From contig JAUCBJ010007955.1 in NCBI GenBank assembly GCA_032718475.1, forward strand, positions 62,001 to 126,000: DNA of 64,000 nucleotides. The letters are read 5' to 3'. The stretch's first letter is position 1. The number at the start of each line of letters is the position of its first letter. The position numbers and the translations under genes were made by a program. The notes beneath the pieces are model-generated. The model worked only from the letters and a program-made list of their open reading frames with translations. It was not told the origin of the DNA and made no database searches. Below, one piece after another: positions 11,836 through 25,203 of this stretch. Source of the DNA: Nemertoderma westbladi. Its lineage: Eukaryota; Animalia; Xenacoelomorpha.

Positions 11836-14410
11836 CCCTATTAGTACCGGGCTATAAAATGTTGTACAAATACCGGGGGGGGGGGGGGGGGGGGTCATAC
11901 ACCCCCCCACCCCCCCCCCTCTCTAAAATCTACAAATTTTTACGAAAACGTCTGATTTTTTATTTGTACGTAGGTATCACTAGTCTAGATCCGACCGAAA
12001 AAAACAAATTTGAAAAAATGTAGCCTACTGGGGTGGTTATATTGCAGCACCAAAATTACAAGTAGTGCACAATTTTCACAAAATTTGAAAGTTACATTTT
12101 TCGGCTAATTGTTTTTCAATACAGGTTTTCTGGGGCGCAAAATACATTGGAAAATATTTAAAAATGAAATGATTACTATAGATGGCTGTTTAGTCTTCTC
12201 TGCGTAGGAGTTCAAAACCGCTTTGAAGCACTTCAGTCAATGGATGAAGATCAATCCACCAATTCAATATACCAGAATATAATAACAGCCCACAAGGAAT
12301 CAGCTAAGAGGCATATCCCCCAGAAACCCAAACGAAAACAGTATGTGCCATGGCAAAACTCTGAGGTTACTTGTAAGAGAGAAGATCTTAAGATAGCCTA
12401 CAAAGTTAAAACCGAACAACCAACAACCGAAAACATTAACAAGGTTGAGAAAGCTAAGGACGATCTTAAATTGGCCTACAACATCAGCCAGGAAAAGTAC
12501 ATACAGGATAAAACTGAAGCAATTACAACTGCTCACATACAGCAACAATCAAGATTTACCTGGCAAACAGTAAGTGAGGTATCTGGTCGGAAAAGTTGTG
12601 CAAAGGGGCGCCTCAAAGCCGATAGTCCTGAAGAACGTGTTAGGAAGTGGAAAAATCACTTCAGCAACTTGCTTGGGCAGCCACCAAACATCGAAGTCAG
12701 CCCTACAAGTAAAATATATGACAAGACACTACCTATCAGGGGACTTCACACCTGCCGAACTCCAAAGAAGCATTAAAAGCATGTTCAATAATAAAGCGAG
12801 TGGATTAGATGAAATCCCAGCGGAGGTATGGAAAACCGGAGTGCTAAACAGACCATTGTTGAATGTTTGCAACCGGATGTTAAAAGGGGAAAAGCCACCA
12901 CCAATTTGGACTAAAGGTCAACTAAAGCCTCTCCCCAAGAAAGGAGACCTCGGCATACCAACAAACTATCGTGGGATCTGTCTGCTTGTGGTAGCTGCCA
13001 AAATATACAATAAAATGATTCTATATAGGATTGGGCCTCACATCTACTGCGTAAGAGCCAAAACGGATTTCGACCAAGTAGATCAACAATAGCTCAGATA
13101 CTTGCACTACGGAGACTGATTGAAGGAATTAAGTCAAAGAATCTCCCCGCAGTCATGACTTTTGTGGACTTCAAGAAGGCATTCGACTCCATCCATAGAG
13201 GTAAAATGCTTTAAATCCTAAGAGCTTATGGAATACCAGAAGTAATTGTTGCTGGCATTGGATTGTTATATTGTGACTCAGAAGCGCAGGTACTCTCACC
13301 AGATGGTGGAACTGAGTTTTTCTCAATCCTGGCTGGCGTACTGCAAGGTGACACATTAGCACCATTACTATTTGTAATTGTGCTGGATTACGCAATGAGG
13401 ACGGCCACAAAGGGTGAAGATCTGTGATTCACACTTCAAGAACGCAGAAGTAGTAGATATCCGGCAACTACAGTTACAGACACAGACTTTGCGGATGACA
13501 TCGCCCTGCTCTCTAATACGCTAGCAGATGCACAGCTTCTACTAAATAAAGTGGAGAGGGCTGCTAAGGAGGTTGGATTGCATATAACTGCTACAAAGAC
13601 CGAATTCATGACTTTTAATGTTGATGGAAACTTGACAACCATTGATAATAATCATCTAAGGAAGGTCGATGACTTCCAGTACCTTGGATCATGGATAGAG
13701 AGTAGCAAAAAGGACATAGAAGTTAGGAAAGCCAAGCAACTCTGCAACTCTTTCAAGCAACAGTGGAAAGTGTATTTTTATACGGGGGTGAGATCTGGAC
13801 ACTGACTAAATCATTTGAACAACGAATTGATGGTTGCTACACAAGACTACTTAGGGCTGCCCTAAACATCAGCTGGCGATAACACATGACAAACGCCGAG
13901 CTTTATGGTACAATACTGTATCAACCACCCTCCGTGAACGCTGATTAAGATTCAGTGGGCACTGCTGGCGAAGTAAGGCCGAGGTCATACCAGATCTACT
14001 TCTCTGGCAACCAACTCATGGAAAGCGTAGTCGTGGACGACCGGCCATAACATATATAGATCAACTTGAAAGGGATACTGAACTTGGGAAAACGAAATTG
14101 CGACAACTATGGAGAATCGGGAAGCCTGGTAGGATCTCATTTCCACTGTCCGAGTTCGCTCGATCTAGTAGTAGTAATTTTCAAAAAACGTCTCAAAAAA
14201 AGTGCAAAAAGTAGGGTTAAAAAATGGTTCTATAACTCGAAAACTACCCAATATTTTTGAAAACGGTTTTCACTACTAGGAAGACAATAGATTTTTAGGA
14301 AAAGTCATAAAATTTCAGATTCCCAACTACGTTTGTTTCAGAATTATTATAAAAAAACCACGGATGGGTCATACTGACCCCCCCCCCCCCCCCCCCCGGG
14401 TTTAATAGGG
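11836..14410 (-). mobile_element. TTAA piggyBac-type MITE copy (inverted) whose middle is replaced by an RTE insertion
   Basis: TTAA|CCCTATTA ... TAATAGGG|TTAA; both ends match the intact ~1563-bp copies. Confidence 0.9.
12210..14176 (+). mobile_element. RTE LINE family B, 5'-truncated, frameshifted
   Basis: NYRGICLLVVAAKIYNK, GVLQGDTLAP, DFADD, DFQYLGS; (TAG)n tail. Confidence 0.92.
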
Positions 14411-15434
14411 TTAATGCGGGCGGGGGTTTGGGGGGCGGTTTTATATAACAAATGGGTGATAATACTAGCGACGTGATTATTGTTTAAATCACGGCCATCA
14501 ATATATCAATGTCAAAAAAATTAATAATTAATTGTACCTTTTTTATTTTAAAGCATTACTGTCTAAGCTCACTTTTACATTTAATTAATTTAACATTATT
14601 GTAGCCACTAATCTACTCGCCCTGCTTCAATCGTTCAGCTCAATAGCAATGTATTTCTGATTTTCAAGTTCCACTGGTGTTGAATACGTTTTCCGATACA
14701 CGCCCTGAGTCTGAACAATAAATCAACTATATCGTCTGCAGATTGGATACATAGATAGTCATTTTATGGATTTTTTAAATTTGTATCTTCATCGTATGAG
14801 ATGATATTCCAACTGCAAAATAATTTCTTCCATAACCTTTTGGTATATTCACCTGTAAAAAACATTTCTGAGATTACAATACTGTAGTACAAAAATATAC
14901 ATATCCTTTCGGAATTATATTGACCATGAACCTGAAGGATAGTAAAGTATTCAGTGCACCACGGCTGGAGTACAGTCTGTTAGTGCCATTTAACGAGCTT
15001 TTCAAAAAAATTAAAAATGATTGTGAAAATTGTTAATTTTATCAACTTAAAATCAGTTACCCTAAGATAACACAGTTGCAAATAGATTTCAGCACAAATT
15101 TGATTTTACGAACTAAGATATTTACAAAAAATTGGTACGTTCAGATGAGATATACTAAATTCAACAGTTATAGTACAATCGCAATAGTTAGCAATAAGGA
15201 GGACTAGACTAGAGCATCACAGACACTTATAATTTTTGATGCAGTTTATATATCTGAATTAGTTTTAGTAGTAGTAGCCAATAGGAAGAAGGTCAAGAGC
15301 AACAATATATTCTAGTGTATAGTGTATACAATTCATTAACTGTTAGAAAAATCATCAATGGTAGGAGAATATCTTCATATACAGTAAGCTATTGCACCAT
15401 TATTGTTCATCTTACACCAAACTACTCCAATGTA

Positions 15435-15480
15435 CTACTACTACTACTACTAGGTCGAGCGTGCTCGGACATATCAATGA
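15435..15480 (-). mobile_element. Ultra-short RTE family B 3' end
   Basis: (TAC)n TAGGTCGAGCG..CTCGGAC matches 25202-25235. Confidence 0.7.
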
Positions 15481-15515
15481 GTATATGACTACACTTATAT
15501 ATACTGGATATTACC

Positions 15516-15851
15516 TCATATGTCTTCCAGGATTGTTTGTCCTTCCTCCATAGAGTTATCTAGTTTGCACTTAGTATTCGATACTGTCCTCGGACACACT
15601 TTTGCTGTTTTGTCGCGTTCCCTTTCCCCGGGAACCACAATCACTTTGGGATTTTTAGGAATCCTAAACATCTTATAGATGGACCTAAGTCTATGATGTT
15701 TATGTGTCCTATCCTTCATAGAAACCGTTTCCCCTGGTTTCTCTCGTTGTTTATTTATTATTATGTTTTTCTCAATTATAAAGTCACTTTTTTTTCCTTT
15801 AATGGAATTTGGTTTAATTTCTAATGTCGGTATCCGTTTATCAGCAATTTT
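15516..15851 (-). CDS. Coding exon 4 (cytoplasmic tail, stop) of Ig-like membrane protein gene
   Basis: Acceptor GATTTTACAG, phase 0 matches the previous exon, open frame to TGA. Confidence 0.7.
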   Translation of the reverse strand, partial: KIADKRIPTLEIKPNSIKGKKSDFIIEKNIIINKQREKPGETVSMKDRTHKHHRLRSIYKMFRIPKNPKVIVVPGERERDKTAKVCPRTVSNTKCKLDNSMEEGQTILEDI

Positions 15852-16109
15852 CTGTAAAATCAAAAATTCATGAGTTATGTACGGCAGGGTAACTCAATTG
15901 GTTGAGCTTAACAAGTACAATTAAAGTGATAGACGAACGTGTAAAACATGAAAAGCTGAAGGCAACCCAGATGATCCTCTCTCGTGGCTGTTACCTATAT
16001 AAGGCAGGGAGGTGTACCTTGAATTAATCTTAGACATAGGATCACAAATCGAATTAGCTGTTTGGGGTGAATTAATGTAACATGCAACAGTTGAACGCTT
16101 TCATCATCG

Positions 16110-16690
16110 GCAGGTCGGACACTCCGTCACACAGGAGCAGTCGGACACTCCGTCACACAGGAGCAGTCGGACACTCCGTCAGGCAGGTCGGACGCTCCGT
16201 CACACAGGAGCAGTCGGACACTCCGTCAGGCAGGTCGGACACTCTGTCACACAGGAGCAGTCGGGCACTCCGTCAGGCAGGTCGGACACTCCGTCACACA
16301 GGAGCAGTCGGACACTCCGTCAGGCAGGTCGGACACTCCGTCACACAGGAGCAGTCGGACACTCCGTCTGGCAGGTCGGACACTCCGTCACACAGGAGCA
16401 GTCGGACACTCCGTCAGGCAGGTCGGACACTCCGTCACACAGGAGCAGTCGGACACTCCGTCAGGCAGGTCGGACACTCCGTCACACAGGAGCAGTCGGA
16501 CACTCCGTCAGGCAGGTCGGACACTCTGTCACATAGGAGCAGCATGTCTGACACACCGTCACACAGGGGGAGGTCGGATATTCCGTTATACAGGAGTAGT
16601 TCTGACACTCCGTTACACAGCAGAAGGTCTGACACTCCGTCACACAGGGACAGGTCGGACACTCTATCACACAGAGGCAGGTCGGACGTT
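16110..16690 (+). repeat. Minisatellite of alternating 26+21 bp units grading into 27-bp units
   Basis: GTCGGACACTCCGTCA core followed by CACAGGAGCA or GGCAG. Confidence 0.95.
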
Positions 16691-17318
16691 GTCACATTAA
16701 CATCTCTTGGTTTGCCGGATGCCGAAACCATGGGTACATCCATGGAAAAACATGGGGGCCCCATCGATGTATCAGGTCAGTATGACATTCATTATGACAG
16801 TAAACGAGACTTTTACATACTGGATTAGGTTAACCGATTATTTAGTACTGCTGAACGCAAACCTAGAGCTCCTATTTACATTACCAAGGAACCCGATAAA
16901 ACTTCTCATTCTTAGATCCGATATGATTTTTACACTTGTCTATATAATACGAAGTTGTGTATGGAAAGAAATGATCAAATTATTATTGTAATAAAAAATA
17001 CTGAGACTATTTATAATATCGCAAGTTATAAATAATTTTTATATACCAAATTAAAATAACATTATAATGGATCTGGAGGGGGAGGAAATGGAGGCGAGGT
17101 ATTACAGGAGTTATGTGAAGTGGTTAATGTGGTTATAATGGGATTGAGGGATTAAGGGATGAGAGGTTTTAAAAAGCAGGGATGAATAGTGAGATGGATT
17201 AGGGGAGGTTATAGGATGTCGGATTTATAGTTGTAGGGATATTAATGGGTTGTTAGGTTTCTATAATATTGTATTGCATCTCAATTTTGAATACCCAGTT
17301 TGTTATCATTAATAATAC

Positions 17319-17482
17319 CTTTACAATTCGGGGATCTGCGGATTTCATTTTACTAAGAGATGGTGGCGGTACAAAGAGGACACGCTTCCCACCATCATTG
17401 CCATGGGCAACGTAGATTGTCGTAGGAATGCCGTCGTAAACTTTTTTACTCGAATTTTTTTGTTTCTGAGATTCTTCATCAC
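17319..17482 (-). CDS. Coding exon 3 of Ig-like membrane protein gene
   Basis: Acceptor CTTTACAG, phase 1 to 0, open (GDEESQKQ...PRIVK), donor GTATTA (alternative donor GTAAAG 6 nt earlier, same phase). Confidence 0.7.
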
Positions 17483-17638
17483 CTGTAAAGATATTCGGAC
17501 TAAAATGTACAATTATTTTCAGTTAATCCGAATTATTTTACAATAACTTACTGGAAATCATCAGGCTACTTACATTTGACAAAAAGTTATAAAACCTATA
17601 AAACGATAAATTAATGATTGGTATCTTATAACATTTAC

Positions 17639-17859
17639 CTATTCTTCCCATCATACGATATACGAGATATTGAAAATTCAATATAAACTTACAACATTTG
17701 CAAACCAGATGAAATAGTTTGTATCGCAACAAGAGTTTCATTATCTTTCTCCAGTTGTATAATATTGGTATGGCAACTGCAAAACCCACTAGTTTACATA
17801 AGATGGCTACATTTTTCAAACTTCTATGAATACTGCGATCTATTCTATCGTGAATTACA
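17639..17859 (-). CDS. Coding exon 2 (transmembrane segment) of Ig-like membrane protein gene
   Basis: Acceptor CTTTTCTTCTTTTCAG, phase 2 to 1, VAILCKLVGFAVAIPILYNW then RK, donor GTAAAT. Confidence 0.72.
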
Positions 17860-18529
17860 CTGAAAAGAAGAAAAGAGTAAGATATATTATAGTCCAGGAG
17901 CCAAATATGTATTTTCGACAAAAGCATGATATTTGGTCTTCATGACATTTTATTGGCTTTTCTAGATCAAAATTAATTATCCGCTGAATCCGAATCTGAG
18001 TGATGCCACTCATGAAACCTTGAGCATTTTGAGATATATCAAAATATCTGTTGTGATTGTGATCAGGGCCGTATTTAGGGGGGGGGGGGGGAGGCCCCCC
18101 AACCCCCACCACAGGGGTCCCCCCACCCCCACAACCGGGGTCCCCCCACCACGATCCCACAACTAAAACCAACTGAAACCGAACATGGCGATACACAAAT
18201 AACATGACAACAAACCTTATGAAGTTATATTTTTTTCACTTTCGATTCTTGCATTTTTTGATCACATGTTTTTATACTGATATAAACAGGAACATGCTTC
18301 AAATTTCTAATTTCCTAGTCTAATATAGGGATGTGAGTTTTCCGGAACTATGTTCTTCAAGGAAATTTCCGAAAATTTCCGAAAAAGTATACTTCATCCG
18401 TAGTTACGACCACAAGAGCCAAGACAACGAAACACCTAAACATATCTAAGCAGGAATCCCTTGTTTTTAGCGTTTACCCTAATAAAATAACTAATAAAAT
18501 ATAAAATTTCCTGAAAATGTCCACTACCA

Positions 18530-19250
18530 GTCGACTTGAGTGTAAGTTGGATTGTCATTCTCTCCTTCCAGTAGAGGTGCGCTAGTAACATGATAACATC
18601 TGTGTCATCTGATAGGACATTTACTCGTTTTATATTTGCCTTTTTAGCAATATGAATTACCTGTTGACAAATGGTGAAATCTACTTCCTCGTGTTCTGAT
18701 CTGAGATCATAATAACTTTTTATGCCTGACTGAACATGAATGGAAGTGGAAGAACTACTAGTGATATAGATATGTAGAAAAGCTTCTTCAACTGCATGAC
18801 AAGATCTATCTTACCAAGATCGAGCTCACTGACAAGATCTATCAATTGATTTATTGATATTTGAGAGTTACTTTCCTTGGTGGCAATGGTAAAGAAGCAG
18901 TTAGCTTTGATGTTGCTTTAAAGAACTCCTACCACGCTGAGCACGAGCAGCGCACTTAATACTATAATCAAAATACCAGTCCAAAGTTAGAAATACATCA
19001 CTTACTTGGAGTTTTGATATCACAAATATAGAGATACATTGTTTAGATACTCTACAACAGTGGCTTTGGATGGCCAGTTAACAACCCATAAAATGGCAGA
19101 ACAATCAATAACTGTAACATCAGTAAGTGCATTATAGTCATTGTAGTTAATTCACAGGCAAGCTTGGATTTAAGAACAGACTTGGTCTTTGAAATACGGA
19201 TATCTCAGTTCTCTGTAAACATAGATGGTGGCACAGGTGCCACTATGTTA
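18530..19250 (-). mobile_element. Decayed DNA transposon fragment with XPG/PIN-like nuclease motifs (AcademX-like)
   Basis: Manual translation: VIDCSAILWVVNWP, EHEEVDF, VLSDDTDVIMLL. Confidence 0.6.
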
Positions 19251-19365
19251 TACTATATAATAAATATTTTTTAATTTCTTAGCTACAGAGCCCCTAAAGG
19301 GACATGTGAAAAAATTTTTTCGCTAACTCGTGCGAACGACTTAGTATGTCGTGCGAACGACTTAA

Positions 19366-20928
19366 CCCTGTTAAACCCGGGGGGGGGGGGGTCAATATGA
19401 CCACTCCCCCCGTGGTTTTTTTATTATAATTCTGAAACAAACGCAGATGGGAATCTGAAATTTTATGACTTTTCCTAAAAATCTATTGTCTTCCTAGTAG
19501 TGAAAACCGTTTTCAAAAATATTGGGTACTTTTCGAGTTATAGCACCATTTTTTAACCCTACTTTTGGCACTTTTTTTGAGACGTTTTTTGAACATTACA
19601 TTTCATTAAATATGAATTGTAACATCTCTATTTATTATTTACACCGGTTTTTTGGTGTTAGAAATTTGATGGAATTCATATAAATTGATTTAGAAATTTC
19701 AAACTTGTTTTTTTCGGTGGGTGCCAAATTTTGGTGCCAGCACCAAATTTTGAATTATGTCAATTTTGTAAATTGATTGTTTGAAACTTGTTTTTTACGC
19801 AATTGGGGTTTTTTGGGGTTCTGGATTCGATGAAATATATACGAGTTGCACCAAGCGTATCAAACTTGTATTTTTCGGTGCTGTGTGCAAATTTTGGTGC
19901 TAGCACGAAATTTTGAAAATTCATTCGATAGATAAAATTGCTTGTGACAATTTATTTCTTGCGTTTTAGAGGTTTATGGCTGTTCTGAATTCAATGGAAT
20001 AAATAATTATCGAACTAGACATCTCAAACTTGTATTTTTCGGATGTGGGTGCAAAATGTGGTGCTAGCACCAAATTTTGAAAACCATCAAATATATCAAT
20101 TGATTGTGTCACCTTGTTTCTTGCGTTATACGGGTTTGTGATGGTTCTGAATTCAATTGAATCAGTAAAAATTTCATAAGAGTTCTCAAACTGGTATTTT
20201 TCGCCAGTGGGTGAAAATTGTTGTGCCAGCACCAAATTTTGGAAAATATGCAAATTTATCAGTAGATAGTATCACCTTGTTTCTTGCGTTATACGGGTTT
20301 ATGAGGGTCCTGAATCCGATGGAATCCATACAAACAGCACTGGACATCGCAAACTTGTACTTTTTGGTGATGGGTACGAAATTTGGTGCTAGCACCAAAA
20401 TTTGCCAAATTACGCCGAAAAATACAAGTATCAATGATCTGGCATATTAGAAATGTATTCCATTAGAATCAGCGCAATCGAAAACCTGAAAATGTGAATT
20501 TATAGCATCGTATAAGTGAATTAAAAATTTTGTGTTCTACCTGAAAAGTGCTGGTTACTTGTTTTTTTCATTTTTTTCCTACGCAGAGAGGACTAAACGG
20601 CCATTTATAGTAATCATATCATTTTTAAATATTTTCCAATGTTTTTTGCACCCCAGAAAACCTGTATTGAAAAATAATTAGCCGAAAATGTAACTTTCAA
20701 ATTTTGTGAAAATTGTGCACTACTTGTAATTTTGGTGCCGCAATATAACCACCCCAGTACATTTTTTCGAAAATTTTTTTTTTCGGTCGGATCCAGACAA
20801 GTGATACCTACGTACAAACAGAAAATCAGACGTTTTCGTAAATATTTGTAGATTTTAGAGGGGGGGGGGGGTCAATATGACCCCCTCCCGGTATTTGTAC
20901 AGCATTTTATAGCCCTGTACTAATAGGG
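19366..20928 (+). mobile_element. TTAA piggyBac-type non-autonomous element (MITE), 1563 bp
   Basis: TTAA flanks, CCC...GGG termini, subterminal G-run TCAATATGA C-run palindromes. Confidence 0.92.
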
Positions 20929-21271
20929 TTAAAACTAAATAATGAAATTATCCTAAGCGTCCGACAAATTAAAAGAATATTGAGTGGACTGAATTTGGGC
21001 AGGAGAAATGTTTACACTAATACGGAAGAAGTCATTAATTTAATTTCCAATGAAATTAAAGGATCGTGACACCTGCATGGGTATCGCATGATGCACACCA
21101 AGTGCTTATTAGCTGGTCTGCGAGTGCGAAAGTAAGATGTGCGTCACATTCTCCGCATGCTTGATCCTGAAGCATCGCAATGGCGCGTCGCCGCCAGTAC
21201 TTTGCTAAGGGACCGAATTTTATCTGGCACCTAGACGGGTACGACAAATTGAAACCTTATGGATTAAGCAT

Positions 21272-21656
21272 TAGGGATGTCACGAATTTCGTTGTTAAAT
21301 ATTATTAGAATATTTTCTTTTCAAGTAAGCGTGAAATAAAGTAAATTATGGGGTGCTTTATAAACTACCCGGCATGAAATATAGGATAGAGTAAGGCGTT
21401 GTTGCTGTGTTGCTAAGCAACATTCCCATCTCACTATTGTATCGAACAGCAGCTGTAGTCGAAATCTCAGGTTTTGGGGGGAGGTGAGATAGGTCCTACT
21501 ATTTAGAGTATTGTACAATATTGTGACTCCGCCACAATATTCGATTTAAATAAAGTACCCGTATTTCACTTTCAGGCTCTCGTTTCATATTTCACTCACT
21601 CGCTTACGTTCGTTCTTAATAAAATTTATTCGAATAAGTAATGCGTAACATCCCTA
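21272..21656. mobile_element. hAT-like MITE inserted in the IS3EU transposase
   Basis: TIR TAGGGATGT.ACG / CGTAACATCCCTA; no clear TSD. Confidence 0.6.
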
Positions 21657-21724
21657 ATGAAACCAGTGGGTGCATTGATGAATATTCCCGGAAAATGATT
21701 TGGTTGAACATGTATAACACCAAC

Positions 21725-21763
<39 letters not shown>

Positions 21764-22159
21764 TCTTTTATTTCAAATACTCCATATGATAAAATAACAG
21801 GAGGCAGTAACAGTGAAACATAATGATATAACACCGGAACTGATAATTTGTATGAAATAAGAGTCATTTTATTGAATGGGCTAGGCCAATGCATTCTACA
21901 GTACACATATACTATGTACTGCTACAGTATGGCCGGTATAGGTTACGTGTTACTGAATTTACGTAATGAGACAGTCACACCCAATACGCCAATACTACAA
22001 GTAGAAATATAAGAGGATAAGTGAACAACTGTGGTACTATACAGGAAGGTATATCTTATACTTATACGGTATGTATGTACAAAGTTCTGAATAAGATGAC
22101 AGACGCACGACGAATTGCATTCACGTACAGTAGGCCATCCATCCCACACCCATCACAAA

Positions 22160-22400
22160 ACATACATATAACATATAATTTAACATACAGCGCAAGCATA
22201 CAGTACGTAACATACAGCACAAGGCATACATACATATAATATACCATACAGCACAAACATACGTAACATACAGCAAAAAGCATACATACATATAATATAA
22301 CATACAGCGCAAGCATACAGTACGTAACATACAGCACAAACATACGTAACATACAGCAAAAAGCATACATACATATAATATATAGTATAACATACGTACA
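22160..22400. repeat. Simple tandem repeat (CATACAGC/CATACGTAA) in LINE 3' UTR
   Basis: Direct inspection. Confidence 0.85.
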
Positions 22401-25203
22401 TTAACCGTATTTGGGAATTTACATTGACTATGTTACTTCTGTTACTTCTTCGCGTGCAAAACCAGTTAGAAAGTATGTTTTAAGCAGCTGAATAAATTTC
22501 ATTGGTTTACAGTATTCTTTTTTTATTTTTAATGGCAGGCTATTCCATATTTTTATTTGGCTTACAATAAAACTGTTATGTCCATCTTTATTTTTAGTTT
22601 TTGGAATTTTAATGTTTACAGTTCTGGAATTTGGTTGCACATCTATATTAGTCAGGAAAGGCAATTTTAATTGTTTAAAGGCATGTGAGATTTGAAAAAT
22701 GTATCTGTAGAAATATAATAAAGCGAAATATTCTCAAACAGCGGAAAGTAAGGGGATTTGAGATTTTGTACGGAGATATGTACCAGTAACTTCGCGGATG
22801 CCTTTACCAAAAATGCAGCGCAAGGCATAATTTTGGTATTTTTCTAGAGTGTAGCTGTAGAGTGCCGCTTCGGATCCGTGAACACCGTGCAGAGAGGAAA
22901 GCAACTGGCAACCGTAATTATGGTGGGGGAGAACAATTGTTTTGTCGATTTGGATTTTAGTCTTACTTGGGAGTTGACCTTTAATTTGCGTAGAACTGAA
23001 ATTTTTAGTGACATTTTCTGGCGAATGTCTTTAATTTGTTCTGTCCATTGCAATTTATTGTCTATTATAACTGAAAGATATTTAGCATTTTTGACTGTTC
23101 TATTGATGTGTTATTATATAGTAACATTTTTTTATCAAAGTGATCCTGTCTGTCTTAAGGGGATAATAGAATAAATTCTGTTTTTTCAGCATTCAGTTGT
23201 AGATAATGCGAGTCAAATATTTGTTTAATGTGGTTTTTATTCGCACTTAAGGATCTTGGGTCTGTGTTTGTAACTGATAGTGAAGTGTCGTCTGCATATT
23301 GGATTATGTCGGTCGTGCTTGGTAATTTGTCTGTGTCATTAGTGTAGAGCGAGAAGAGTAGTGGGGCGATAATTGTACCTTGAGGGTTTCCTCTTTGTTC
23401 CGTCATCCATGGTGATATTGTTCCGTTTATCTTTACTGCTTGTTGTCTGTTAGTAAGGTAGTTCTTAATCAAGGCAATCAATCAATTAATCAAGGCACAC
23501 GCTGTATCATGAAAACCTAAACTATTTAATTTATTAATTAGTAGAGTATGGTCTATGGAATTAAATGCTTTACTTAAATCTAAAAGAGGAACAGCAACAT
23601 ATTTATTTTGATTGAATTGCGCTCGCTAGGTCTCAGTTACATAAATAATGGCGTCTATTGTTGAGTAACCTTTACGAAAACCAAATTGCTTTGAGTAGAG
23701 TGTATTTGTTAGATAATTGTCCATTTGGTTATACATAACACGTTCAAAAATTTTGGCAAAAGGTTGGGTGATCGATATAGGTCTGTTATTGGTGGGATCA
23801 TTGTCATCGCCCTTTTTGAAGATTGGGGAGACATGAGACAGAGACTGCTTGAGTTTATCCGGAAAAATTGATCTAGTCAAGCTTTGATTAATTATAAAAG
23901 TATGGGATTGTGAAATTTAGGGCGAGATCATTTTAATTATATGAGTTGGGATAGAGGAAGGGCCGCTAGGTTTGTTACTCTGAAGTTTGGAAAATATATC
24001 TGTAATGCCAAGTTGTGTAACAACATGGGAAGAGAATGTACTTTTTGTGACGGGTGGTGTTGCTTTATTGCCTAGCTTGTTCACGTAACAACTTTGATTA
24101 GAAAATTAACCCAGATTTATGTAGACTTCGTTAAATAGTTTGGCTATATTGTAATTCCCAGTGACAATATTACCGTTTTGTTTTAAGCGCGTAATTTCAG
24201 AAACTTTAAAGTTTTTTCCCAACAGGTCGCCGATTATTTTCCCAACAGGTCGCCGAATATTTTCCCAACAGGTCGCCAATTATTTTCCATTTGGTTGCTG
24301 AATTTCCGGAAATAAATTGTTTCGATATATATTTATTTTTCGGATTTTTATTTAAATTGTTAAACTTGTTTCTGGCTGTCTTAAACATCTTAAAATCAGA
24401 TTCTGTTTTAGTAAGACGCCATTGTCGCAGTGCACTGTATTTTAATTCGTTAATGGCTATTAATTCGTTTGTGGACCATTTACATTTAGCGGTGGGTTTA
24501 TGATTTCTGCACAGTATTCGTTTTTTAGGTGCATATTGGTCTAGGAGATCAACAATTGTATTCTCTAGGAAAAGGAATTGTTCATTTATAGATAAAATAC
24601 TATAAATTGGGTTCCAGTCGACTCTCATTATGCGGTTATGGAACTTGTTTTCATCAATTGTATTCGATCCAGATTGGTTCTGGTTGTTTTGGTTTTATGT
24701 TGGAAAAGATTTTCGAATCAAAAGTTGTTACCGTGAAATCATGATCAGAAAAGTTACAATGCTTTACTAGGCTGGACAACAAAAGTGAACTGTCAGTGAT
24801 CGTAATTACAATGTCAATTAGTGTGCGTGATTTTAAGGTGCTCCTAGTCGGTTCAGTTGTGTTTAGGGTATTTAAGTGATACATGTTTAAAAAGTAGATA
24901 TTAGGTCAACGACCTTAGGTTCATTAGATAGAATATTAATATTCAGGTCACCCTGGATTACGATTTGAGTGTTTGGGTACAAAAAATAAGCGTTTTCTAG
25001 TTCCTCTGAGAAATCAGCCACGAAGTTTTTATTTGCCTTTGGCGGATTGTAGGCGGTACATATCAGTATCCCACCAATTTCAAGTCAGAGTGATTCCAGT
25101 TTTCGGTTTAGTTTAATGTCATCGTTGCGCGGGCAGACATGAATACGCTTGGGTATGTAAACAAGTACTCACCCACCTTTTCTCCGTTTTCTATCTAGTC
25201 TTA

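Noticed and set aside
19966-20817. Recurring short ORFs in the MITE copies
   Set aside because: No transposase motifs; they recur only because the element is repeated
22062-22401. Cys/Tyr-rich ORFs
   Set aside because: Translation of a simple repeat in a LINE 3' UTR
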